Shown: positions 19,970 through 28,983 of the stretch, piece by piece | Layout: each line of letters begins with the position of its first letter | Position numbering within the stretch: position 1 is the first letter of the stretch | Source: Trueperaceae bacterium | GTDB taxonomy: Bacteria > Deinococcota > Deinococci > Deinococcales > Trueperaceae | Length of the DNA stretch: 64,000 bases | Assembly (NCBI GenBank): GCA_965213925.1 | Contig: OZ243927.1 | Location: forward strand, 4,480,001 to 4,544,000 | Direction of reading: 5' to 3' | Notes under the pieces: generated by a model | Told to the model about the DNA's origin: nothing | Seen by the model: the letters and a program-made list of their open reading frames with translations, nothing else | The model's database searches: none | Translations under genes and position numbers: made by a program

Positions 19970-21431
19970 GGCGAACTTCATCGCTGTAGACCTGGGCGCG
20001 TCGGGCGGGCGGGTTCTGCTAGGAAAATTCAGTGGTGAGCGGTTTGAGCTTGAAGAGTTGCACCGCTTTCCTAATGGTCCGGTCAACGTGTTGGGGCGCT
20101 TGCACTGGGACGTGCTGGGGCTCTGGCAAGAGATTAAAACGGGGCTGCGCCGCTACGCGGAGATGTACCCTGACATGCCGCTCGAGGGCATCAGCGTGGA
20201 CACCTGGGGCGTAGACTTCGCCCTCTTGGACGAGGCAGGGAGCGTGCTCGGACACCCGTATCACTACCGCGACGCTCGCACGGATGGAATGGTCGAGCGG
20301 GTCAGCCAAGAGGTCGGGAACGGTTTCCTCTACGAGCGTACAGGCGTCCAGTTCATGCAGATCAACACGCTCTACCAGCTCTACAGTATGCGCTCAGACC
20401 CCAGGTTGGGCTGCGCCCAAACGCTCCTCATGATGCCTGACCTCTTCCACTACTGGCTCACGGGGCGCAAGGTCGGCGAATACACCATCGCCTCGACCAG
20501 CCAACTCTTGAACGCGCAGCGCCGCACGTGGGACGAAGAGGTGTTAGACGCGCTCTCGCTCCCAACGCATATCTTCCCCGACTTAGTCGAGCCTGGAACT
20601 GTCATCGGACCTCTTTTAGAGAGCGTCGCCGAAGAGGTTGGTTTGACGGATGTGCCCATCATCGCCACCGGCTCCCACGACACCGCAGGCGCAGTCGCGG
20701 CGATTCCTGAGTTGGACGAGAACAGCGTCTACATCAGCAGCGGAACCTGGAGCTTGATGGGCGTCGAACTCAGCGAGCCCATGTTAAGTGAGGAAGCAAG
20801 GGCGTTAGATGTAACCAATGAGGGCGGCGTAGGAAACACGATTCGACTGCTTAAAAATGTCGCAGGCTTGTGGCTCTTGCAGGAGAGCCGCAAGAGGTGG
20901 CAGCGCGAGGGCGAGGACTATAGCTGGGATGACCTTTTGGAGAGGGCGACGCAAGCCGAACCTTTTCGCTCCTTCGTCAACCCCGGCGCGGAGACCTTCT
21001 TGAGCCCCGGCGACATGCCCGCCGCGATTCGCAGCTTTTGCCGCGAGACGAACCAGGGCGAGCCGGGAAGCGTTGGCGCGGTGGTCCGCTGCGCTCTGGA
21101 GAGCTTAGCGCTTAAATACCGCTCAGTATTAGAAGGTTTGGAAAGCTTACTAGGTCGCCGCTTAGACACCATCCACATCGTCGGCGGCGGTAGCCAAAAT
21201 GACCTCTTGAACCAATTCACCGCTGACGCTTGTTTGCGCCCCGTTGTGGCTGGACCTATCGAGGCAACCGCGCTCGGCAACCTGATGGTGCAGGCGATTG
21301 CCACTGGTCACATTGACGACCCTGCAGCGGGACGGCGCGTCGTAGCGGCGTCGGTGTCGCAGCGGAGATATGAACCCAAACACGGGGAGGCGTGGGAGGA
21401 GGCATACGAGAGATTTCAGAGGCTTCTTTGA
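19962..21431 (+). CDS. rhaB: Rhamnulokinase (FGGY family)
   Basis: [41 protein letters not shown] and TNEGG. Confidence 0.88.
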   Translation: MNKANFIAVDLGASGGRVLLGKFSGERFELEELHRFPNGPVNVLGRLHWDVLGLWQEIKTGLRRYAEMYPDMPLEGISVDTWGVDFALLDEAGSVLGHPYHYRDARTDGMVERVSQEVGNGFLYERTGVQFMQINTLYQLYSMRSDPRLGCAQTLLMMPDLFHYWLTGRKVGEYTIASTSQLLNAQRRTWDEEVLDALSLPTHIFPDLVEPGTVIGPLLESVAEEVGLTDVPIIATGSHDTAGAVAAIPELDENSVYISSGTWSLMGVELSEPMLSEEARALDVTNEGGVGNTIRLLKNVAGLWLLQESRKRWQREGEDYSWDDLLERATQAEPFRSFVNPGAETFLSPGDMPAAIRSFCRETNQGEPGSVGAVVRCALESLALKYRSVLEGLESLLGRRLDTIHIVGGGSQNDLLNQFTADACLRPVVAGPIEATALGNLMVQAIATGHIDDPAAGRRVVAASVSQRRYEPKHGEAWEEAYERFQRLL

Positions 21432-21434
21432 GTC

Positions 21435-21537
21435 GAGATAAAAGGACTGAGGGAAAAGGACTGAGGACTGAGTTTTTACTTTCCTCTCAGTTCCTCTGCT
21501 ACGCAGAAACTACGTAACAGCACTCAGTCCTTCTCTC
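21435..21537. repeat. GGACTGA heptamer palindromic repeat, copy 2 (between convergent genes, possible terminator)
   Basis: aaaggactgagggaaaaggactgaggactgag...ctcagtccttctctc. Confidence 0.8.
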
Positions 21538-21546
21538 AATCATTGC

Positions 21547-22518
21547 TCAGAAGTTAAAGTCGCCTATATTCTCCGACGTAAAAACGAACGGATCGCCCAG
21601 CAGCACCCACATGCTCGTCTCGTCCTCTTGTACCTCATACGAGCCCAAGCGCCCCGCTTCGAAGGTGCTGCCCGGCTCTAAGCCTTGCTCCACGAGCGCT
21701 TTGGCGGCGTAGATGGTCAAGTAACCTAAGTCCACCGGGTTCCAGAGCACCACGCTCTCGATGACGCCCGCTTCCATAAAAGGAGCCATCTGCTGCGGGG
21801 TGGACGCGCCGACCACGGCGACCTCGCCGCCACGCCCCGCTTGCTGCACCGCTTCGGCTGCGCCGGGGAAAGCCACTGAGGAGAGCGCGAAGATACCGTC
21901 TAAGTCGGAGTAGACGCGCAAGAGGTCTTGGGTGACGCTAAAGGCGAGCTGCTGGTCCTCTTCGCTCGGGCGGGTGTCCACGATTTCGAAGTTCGGGTAG
22001 TTCTCTTCGATGTGGGCGTTCATGGCGTCTATCCAGGCATTTTGGTTGGGGGCGGTGAGGCTCGAGGTCACAATAGCCACTCGCGCGTCCTCGCCGACCT
22101 GCGAGACCATGTTGTCAACGAGCGTTTCGCCGAAGCCCTCGAACGTCACCTGGTTGACGAAGAGGTTGCGGGCGTTCGCGTCGGCGTCAAACGTCACGAC
22201 TTGGATGCCCGCGTCCATCGCGCTTTGCAGCGCGGGCGCAATCGCCTGCGGGTCGTTGGGCGCAACCGCAATCACGTCCACACCCGCCGTGATGAAGTTT
22301 TCGATGAGCTGAATTTGCTCATTCACGCTCGCGGTAGTGGGTCCCCGGTGGATAAAGCGGATGTTGCCGATTTCGTCCACCGCCTCCTGTGCACCTTGCT
22401 CCGTCGCGGCGAAGTAGTCGATGCCGACGAGTTTGGGGATCATGGCGACGGTGAGCTGTTGGGCGGTGCCGAGGGTGAAGAAGGTAAGGGTGACGAGGAT
22501 GAGAAGGGTGCGTTTCAT
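21547..22518 (-). CDS. rhaS: Rhamnose/AI-2-type ABC substrate-binding protein
   Basis: IPKLVGIDYF, TAPNQNAWI and LWNPVDLGY; located in the rhamnose locus. Confidence 0.8.
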   Translation of the reverse strand: MKRTLLILVTLTFFTLGTAQQLTVAMIPKLVGIDYFAATEQGAQEAVDEIGNIRFIHRGPTTASVNEQIQLIENFITAGVDVIAVAPNDPQAIAPALQSAMDAGIQVVTFDADANARNLFVNQVTFEGFGETLVDNMVSQVGEDARVAIVTSSLTAPNQNAWIDAMNAHIEENYPNFEIVDTRPSEEDQQLAFSVTQDLLRVYSDLDGIFALSSVAFPGAAEAVQQAGRGGEVAVVGASTPQQMAPFMEAGVIESVVLWNPVDLGYLTIYAAKALVEQGLEPGSTFEAGRLGSYEVQEDETSMWVLLGDPFVFTSENIGDFNF

Positions 22519-22574
22519 GGAGACTCCTTTGTGTAATAAGTTGAATACAGGTTCACTAAGGTTTACGACGTGAA

Positions 22575-22720
22575 TGTCACCCTGTTTACGCAGTTAGGCG
22601 AAGCCCGGTTGTCGAAGGGTCTCGTTTGGCTGTGCCAAAACTGCGTAACTTCCATTCTCTACAAAAGGAGAAGGCGAATGCAGAGATTCTTCATTGCGCT
22701 TTGCTCCATTCAGAATGACA
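22575..22720. repeat. REP-like palindromic element, copy 2
   Basis: tgtcaccctg...gaagggtctcg...agattcttc...cagaatgaca, homologous to 9584-9676. Confidence 0.8.
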
Positions 22721-22767
22721 TGTCCTATCATTTGTCTACCAGCTTTTTTCACCTCCTTTCGAGGAAC

Positions 22768-23735
22768 TCATACCTGCCTCAGCCGCTGATTCACGGCAAC
22801 CGCCGCAATGAGAATCAGCCCGACGAAGACGGCTTGCACCTCTAAAGGCACAAACGCCAGCGTCAAACCGTTGCGCACAACGCCGATGATGAGGAGCCCT
22901 AAGAGCGTGCCCCAAACCGTGCCGCGTCCACCTGTTAAGGCAGTGCCGCCTAGAACGACAGCGGTGATGACATCCAACTCGACCAGTTGCCCGGCGTCAC
23001 CTCTTGCGCTCGAGACCCTAGACACAAAAATCACCGCCGCCACCGCACTTAGAAAGCCGGAGAGCGTAAAAACGACGAGTTCTAAGCGGTCCACGCGCAA
23101 ACCGGAGAATCTCGAGGCGAGCTTGTTGTGCCCGAAAGCGTAGACCGAGCGCCCGAAGGTGGTGCGACTGAGCAGCAGCCCGAAGGTGACGGCGAGCACC
23201 GCGAAGATAAGAAGCTGCACCGGAACCGGACCAATGTAGCCTTGCCCAAGTGCGTAAAGAACGCTTCAGGAAAGCCCCGGTACGAATCCCCTTGCGAGAT
23301 GCCTAAAGCCACACCCCGGTAGATCGCCAGCGTCGCCAGCGTCACCACGAGCGAGTGAACGCCCGTGCGGGTGATGATAAACCCGTTCAGCGCTCCCGCC
23401 GCCGTACCCGCTGCCAGCGCGATAAGCGCCGCCAGCCAGATGCTCACGCCCGCCGCGAAAAGCGCCCCCATGACGATGCCGCACATCCCCAGAATCGAGC
23501 CCACCGAGAGGTCGATGCCGCCCGTTAAGATGACGGCTGTCATGCCGAGTGAAATAATGCCGATCTCGGCGGTAAAGCGGACTATATTAAAGAGGTTGCG
23601 CGTGGACAAAAAGGCGGGCGAGAGCTGTGACATGATAATGACGGCGACGATGAGGACGACGAAGAGCATCGTCTCGACGGTGTATTCGCGCAGCACCTCG
23701 CGCCAGCCGCCGCGCTGCGCACCGGCCTGGCTCAC
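22768..23735 (-). pseudogene. rhaQ: Rhamnose ABC permease, frameshifted near 23257 (real lesion or sequencing error)
   Basis: ORFs 23082-23735 and 22768-23220 join into one RbsC-type permease (PEAFFYALGQGYIGPVPVQLL) if one T is restored in a short T run. Confidence 0.78.
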
Positions 23736-24709
23736 GCGGCTTCACCCGCGCTCTCCGCTCGAGCTTGCCGCGCCTTTGCGCTCCGCCTTTGAGCTTGGAA
23801 CACGCCGAAGCCTACCGCTAAGAGGATAAAAAGCCCATGTAAGGTCTGCTCCCAAAAGGCGCTGATTTCCAGAAATACGAGCACCGTTCCGGTAATACCG
23901 ACGAGAAGCGAGCCGAGCGCTACGCCCAAAACCGTCCCCGAGCCGCCAAAGATGTGCACGCCGCCCACGACTACGGCGGTGATCACCAGAAACTCGAAGC
24001 CCGTGCCGATGTTCGACTGGATGGTCGAAAAGCGCGGCGCGAAGACCATCGCGGCGACGCCGACCAACGCGCCGTTGACGGTGAACGCGCTCGTGATGAT
24101 GTTTGAGGGGTTCACCCCGGAGAGGCGGGCGGCTTCTTCGCTCGAGCCCACCGCATAGAGCGAACGCCCCCACGCCGTGTTGCGCAGCACGAAACTTCCC
24201 GCCACAAGGACGAGCACCGCCACCCAAATCGGATTCTCAATGCCTAAAACCGAGCCCAAGCCGAGCTGACGGAAGTCGGGCGGCAAGTCGTAGACCCACG
24301 CCCCGCCCGTGACGTAGAGCAAGACGCCCCGGTAGATGCTCAGCGTCCCGAGTGTGACGATAATCGAGTGGATGCCTAGGCGTGTGACGAGCAGTCCGTT
24401 GATGAGCCCCAAGGTCGCGCCGACGCCGCAAGCGATGAGGAAAACAGCGAAGACGGGCACGCCCATCTTGCTGAGCGTCCCCGCAGTGATGGCGCAAATC
24501 GCTAAGATTGAGCCAACGGAGATGTCGGGTTGCCCTGTCAAGATAGCGAGCATCCCGCCTAGCGCGGCGATAGCGACGTAAGAGGTGTTGACTAAGATAT
24601 CCGCTAAGTTGCCCACCGAAAAGAAGTTCGGCGCGAAGATGAGGAGCACGAGCGCGATGACGCCCAGAAAAACAGCGATGGAGACCTCACGCCCTCGGTC
24701 AATGTACAT
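23732..24709 (-). CDS. rhaP: Rhamnose ABC permease
   Basis: DISVGS, YAVGSSEEAARLSG and VVGGVHIFGGSG; ATG at 24709 follows AAGGAGG. Confidence 0.82.
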   Translation of the reverse strand: MYIDRGREVSIAVFLGVIALVLLIFAPNFFSVGNLADILVNTSYVAIAALGGMLAILTGQPDISVGSILAICAITAGTLSKMGVPVFAVFLIACGVGATLGLINGLLVTRLGIHSIIVTLGTLSIYRGVLLYVTGGAWVYDLPPDFRQLGLGSVLGIENPIWVAVLVLVAGSFVLRNTAWGRSLYAVGSSEEAARLSGVNPSNIITSAFTVNGALVGVAAMVFAPRFSTIQSNIGTGFEFLVITAVVVGGVHIFGGSGTVLGVALGSLLVGITGTVLVFLEISAFWEQTLHGLFILLAVGFGVFQAQRRSAKARQARAESAGEAA

Positions 24710-26264
24710 GGGACGCCTCCTTGTCGTTCTCTTCTTCATTCTGTTGCGCGTCGGGTTCACTACCGGATTGGCTGGACTCCTCAGAAGACAAACCCGTCGC
24801 GTGACGCATGACCTCTTCGGGACCCACGCCCTGCGGCAACTCCGCTACAATATGCCCCTCGCGCATCACCAAAATCCGGTCCGCCATCCCCAAGACTTCG
24901 GGCAAGTCCGAGGAGATGAGCAAAATCCCGACCCCTCGCTGCACTAACTCGTCCACCTGCCGGTGAATCTCACGCTTCGCGCCCACGTCCACCCCTTGCG
25001 TCGGCTCGTCCAAGATAAATACGCGCGGCTCCGAGGCGAGCCACTTGCCGAGCACCACCTTTTGTTGGTTGCCGCCCGAGAGCGACGCGGCGGGCGTGTA
25101 CGCCGAGGGCGTGCGGATGCTCAAGCCTTCGATGAACTCGTTCGCCAACTTCCTTTCGCGCGGCTCGTCCAAGATGCCGTTTTTATGCAAGGAGCGCAGC
25201 ACGGGCAGCGCGACGTTATTTTTAACCGAAAAGGGCAACACAAGCCCCTGCGCCGAGCGGTCTTCGGGCAACAGCGCGACCCCCTTGGCGATGACCTCTT
25301 TAGGTTTGTGCGGGAGCGGTTCTCCGTCTAAGGTGACGCTGCCCTCGTCGTAGGGGTCGATGCCGAAAACCGCCCGCGCGACCTCCGAGCGACCTGAGCC
25401 GACCAAGCCCGCCATGCCGACCACTTCGCCTTCGCGAATCTGGAAAGAGATGTCCTCGAAGACGCCCGTGCGCGTTAGAGAGTTGACCTCGAGCAGCGCC
25501 GCCCCCGCCTCGCGCCGGTTGCGCGGGTAGAGGTCTTTGAGTTCGCGCCCGACCATCTTCTGGATGAGCCAGTCTTGGTCAACCTCTTTGACGGAGCTGT
25601 GACCGACCTTCTCCCCGTCGCGCAAGACCGTTACCGTGTCGGCGATTTCAAAAATCTCCTCCAAACGGTGCGAGATGTAGATGACCGCGACCCCTTGCGA
25701 GCGCAAATCCTTGACGAGCTTAAAGAGCCTTTCGGCGTCGTCCGAGGGTAGCGCGGCAGTCGGCTCGTCCATGATGATGACGCGGGCTTGGCGCAAGAGG
25801 GCGCGAGCGATTTCGGCGAGTTTCGTCTGAGCGCGGCTCAAGTCGCCCGCCCTGGCTTTGAGGTCTAAGTCGATGGCGAGGTCGCCAAAGACCTCTTCCG
25901 CCTTGCGTGCCATCTCCTGCCAGTCGAGCAGCCCGAAGCGTTTTTTAATCTGATGTCCGATGAAGAGGTTCTCGAGAACAGACAAATCCGGGTAGAGGCT
26001 GCCCTCTTGGTAAATCGTCGCGACGCCCAAGTCCTGCGCCTGGCGCGGCTCGCTCAGCGTGACCTCTTCTCCGTTCAGTACAATCTTACCCGAGTTGGGC
26101 TGATGTGCGCCCGAGAGGATTTTGATGAGCGTCGATTTGCCCGCGCCGTTCTCGCCCACAATGGCATGTACTTCGCCCTTTTGCAGCGTGAAGTCCACAC
26201 CCTCTAACGCCTGCACGCCGCCGAAGCGCTTGCCGATACCGCGCATGGTGAGCAGGTCAGCCAT
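24699..26264 (-). CDS. rhaT: Rhamnose ABC ATP-binding protein (two NBDs)
   Basis: GENGAGKST, GLVGSGRSE, LSGGNQQK and DEPTQGVDVGAK. Confidence 0.88.
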   Translation of the reverse strand: MADLLTMRGIGKRFGGVQALEGVDFTLQKGEVHAIVGENGAGKSTLIKILSGAHQPNSGKIVLNGEEVTLSEPRQAQDLGVATIYQEGSLYPDLSVLENLFIGHQIKKRFGLLDWQEMARKAEEVFGDLAIDLDLKARAGDLSRAQTKLAEIARALLRQARVIIMDEPTAALPSDDAERLFKLVKDLRSQGVAVIYISHRLEEIFEIADTVTVLRDGEKVGHSSVKEVDQDWLIQKMVGRELKDLYPRNRREAGAALLEVNSLTRTGVFEDISFQIREGEVVGMAGLVGSGRSEVARAVFGIDPYDEGSVTLDGEPLPHKPKEVIAKGVALLPEDRSAQGLVLPFSVKNNVALPVLRSLHKNGILDEPRERKLANEFIEGLSIRTPSAYTPAASLSGGNQQKVVLGKWLASEPRVFILDEPTQGVDVGAKREIHRQVDELVQRGVGILLISSDLPEVLGMADRILVMREGHIVAELPQGVGPEEVMRHATGLSSEESSQSGSEPDAQQNEEENDKEASHVH

Positions 26265-26464
26265 GAATCACTCCGGTCGGACAAATAGGGGCAGCGACGA
26301 CCCGCACCGCACATGGACCGAAAGGAAACCTTGCGTGGTTGTGGCGCGATAAAGCGATACGAGACCCCTTTCAAAAGGCTTCCGCCCGCACGTGACTTCT
26401 AAACCTTAGGCTGAGCGCGACGCGCTTATCTGCCTCGCCAGCCATTCAATACTGAGATTCGAAC

Positions 26465-26493
26465 AAATTAACACAGAAGTTATCACACGTCAA
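26465..26493 (-). promoter_or_regulatory. Putative promoter of the rhamnose transporter operon
   Basis: TTGACG-17 bp-TAATTT on the minus strand, overlapped by TGT-led direct repeats. Confidence 0.45.
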
Positions 26494-26512
26494 TCGTTGA
26501 GCAGTTGAAAGC

Positions 26513-26610
26513 AATGAGCAATGAGTGAAAGGCTTTAGGCTCATTGCTCACCGTCCGTTCCTGCGGAGATTGCATAACCAGCTTGACTGGATTGCTTTCA
26601 ACTCATTGCT
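26513..26610. repeat. 98-bp inverted repeat, left arm (GCAATGA heptamer-based)
   Basis: Exact reverse complement of 27434-27531. Confidence 0.93.
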
Positions 26611-26664
26611 ACCCTTCCTGATTCCCTTTTCTCTTCCTAACTTTTCTGGTTTAATACGCCCAAC

Positions 26665-27434
26665 ATGGACACCGACCTCGTACCCGCCGCCCGCCGCGAA
26701 GAGATCATGCGACGCGCGACCTTGGAGCGCGTCATCCGCGTGAAAGACTTGGCTGAGATGTTGAGCGTCCACGAGATGACGATTCGGCGCGACTTAGACA
26801 CGCTCGTCGAGGAGGGGCGCTTGGAGCGGGTGCACGGCGGGGCGCGGCTCAGAAGTCAGGGCGGGCTCGAGGTTCGTACGCGGCTCGAGCGCTCACTAAT
26901 CAAGGCGCAAAAGCGCGAATCGCGCGGGCAGCCGCCGACCTCATCAGCGAGGGCGACACCGTCGCCTTCGACGCGAGCACGACGGCGTTGGAGGTGCAGC
27001 GGCGGCTGCGCCTCACCTCTGGCTTGGCGATTATCACGAGCTTAGACGGCGCGAACACGCTCGCAGGCGCGGGCGTGCCCTTCATGATGATCGGCGGCAG
27101 CTTCCACGCGCCCGCCCGCTCGTTTGTAGGTCGAGGCGTCTGCGCCCAGCTCGCTCGGTTACACCCCGACAAGGTCTTTTTTTCCGCCAAAGGCTTCTCA
27201 TTGCAAGCGGGCTTCACCGACGCCCACCTCCCCGAAGTCGAGGTCAAAGAGTGCCTCATCGCCTCCGCCGGGCTCAAGGTCGCCCTTTTAGACGGTTCCA
27301 AGTTCGGCAAGGAAGCGCTCGGGACGATCGTGGGTATAGAGAGCGTAGACGTGCTGATTACCGATTGCGAGCCGCCGGGAGAGATTGTGGAGAGGCTCGA
27401 GCAGGACGGAGTGCAGCTTATCGTGGCAGAGTAA
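26665..27434 (+). pseudogene. DeoR/GlpR-family regulator of the rhamnose locus, frameshifted near 26875
   Basis: The HTH (VHEMTIRRDL..RVHGGA) and the sensor domain (FDASTT, DGSKFG) lie in different frames. Adding one T (gag gtt tcg tac) restores EVSYAARALTNQGAKARIA. Confidence 0.85.
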
Positions 27435-27531
27435 GCAATGAGTTGAAAGCAATCCAGTCAAGCTGGTTATGCAATCTCCGCAGGAACGGACGGTGAGCAA
27501 TGAGCCTAAAGCCTTTCACTCATTGCTCATT
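27434..27531. repeat. 98-bp inverted repeat, right arm
   Basis: Exact reverse complement of 26513-26610; begins at the last base of the DeoR stop codon. Confidence 0.93.
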
Positions 27532-27648
27532 CTTCATTGCTTCTGAAAAGCAAGTTCTTCCAAACAAGTTTCCCAACCACCCTTGCATCCCTCTGTTCAA
27601 AAATGTTTATTATTGTGCTATCACAGGACGCTGGTACAGGAGGCGAGT

Positions 27649-28812
27649 ATGAACAGGGCGAACATTGTGGCGAGGCTGAAACGTCAGGCAGTCGAGACGC
27701 CCTCATGGGGCTACGGCGACTCGGGCACGCGCTTTAAGACCTTTCCCGCACCGGGGGCGGCGCAAACCGTCTGGCAGAAGGTCGCGGACGCGGGCTTTGT
27801 GCACCGTATGACGGGGGCGGCACCTTCGGTGGCGCTCCACATTCCCTGGGACAAAGTGGACGATTACGGCGAGTTGCGCGACTACGCGCAGGGCCAGGGC
27901 GTGCGGCTCGGCGCGATCAACCCGAATACCTTTCAGGACGACGCCTACAAGCTCGGCTCGCTCTGCCACCCGAAAGAAGAGGTGCGGCAGCAGGCGTTGG
28001 AGCACATGTTGGAATGCTGCGACATCATGAGACAAACGGACAGCAAGGTACTAAGCATCTGGCTCGCTGACGGCACGAATTATCCCGGTCAGGATGATTT
28101 GGTACGGCGTAAAGAACACCTCGCAGAAGGGCTCAAGACGGTGCACGACGCGCTACCCAAAGACTCTAAGATGCTCATCGAATATAAGTTCTTTGAGCCC
28201 GCTTTCTACCACACCGACTTAGCCGATTGGGGCACGGCGTACGTCATGAGCCTCAAATGCGGCGACAACGCGCAGGTCTTGGTGGACACCGGGCATCACC
28301 CACTGAGCACCAACATTCCGCACATCGTGAGCTTCCTTTTAAGCGAAAACAAGCTCGGCGGCTTCCACTTCAATAACCGCAACTACGCCGACGACGACCT
28401 CGTCGTGGGAAGCCAAAACCCCTTCGACCTCTTCGACATCTACACCAAAATTGTGCCGTTCGGGGAGCGCGGCGAAGCGGTCGCGTACATGATCGACCAG
28501 AGCCACAATATCGAGCCTAAGTTAGAGGCGATGGTCTTGTCCGTGGTGAACTGTCAGGTCGCGCTCGCCAAAGCGCTTTTGGTGGACTATGACGCGCTGC
28601 GGGACGCGCAGCAGAACGAGGATGTGCTGGGCGCTCACCGCATTCTGATGGACGCCTTTCAGAGCGATGTGCGCCCACTACTCCAAGAGGTCCGCACCGA
28701 GATGGGCGCACCCGCTGACCCCTTGACGGCGGTGCGCGAGGACGAGTATCCGAAGCGAGTGATTGAGGAAAGAGGTACAGGGAGCGGGGGTGGCGGCTAT
28801 CCGACGGCGTAG
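27649..28812 (+). CDS. rhaI: L-rhamnose isomerase (RhaI type)
   Basis: ETPSWGYGDSGTRF, ALHIPWD, DGTNYPGQ, EYKFFEPAFY and YADDDL; AGGAGG RBS. Confidence 0.92.
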   Translation: MNRANIVARLKRQAVETPSWGYGDSGTRFKTFPAPGAAQTVWQKVADAGFVHRMTGAAPSVALHIPWDKVDDYGELRDYAQGQGVRLGAINPNTFQDDAYKLGSLCHPKEEVRQQALEHMLECCDIMRQTDSKVLSIWLADGTNYPGQDDLVRRKEHLAEGLKTVHDALPKDSKMLIEYKFFEPAFYHTDLADWGTAYVMSLKCGDNAQVLVDTGHHPLSTNIPHIVSFLLSENKLGGFHFNNRNYADDDLVVGSQNPFDLFDIYTKIVPFGERGEAVAYMIDQSHNIEPKLEAMVLSVVNCQVALAKALLVDYDALRDAQQNEDVLGAHRILMDAFQSDVRPLLQEVRTEMGAPADPLTAVREDEYPKRVIEERGTGSGGGGYPTA

Positions 28813-28983
28813 GCGAAACAGATTCACCGTAGCGGGAAGATATGCGGGTGGATATTTGGTGGGAACGTGCAATATAAGCAGGGGCTTGCAACGCTTCGTT
28901 TCGGAAAATATACCTTGTAACCTATCGGCTTTGAAGGACTCGAGCCTAGCCCCTGCTACCTCTCTAGGAATAGGAGTTCATCC

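Noticed and set aside
26525..26772. Small ORFs sharing SNELKAIQSSWLCNLRRNGR (also 27251-27496)
   Set aside because: These are translations of the 98-bp inverted repeat, not genes.
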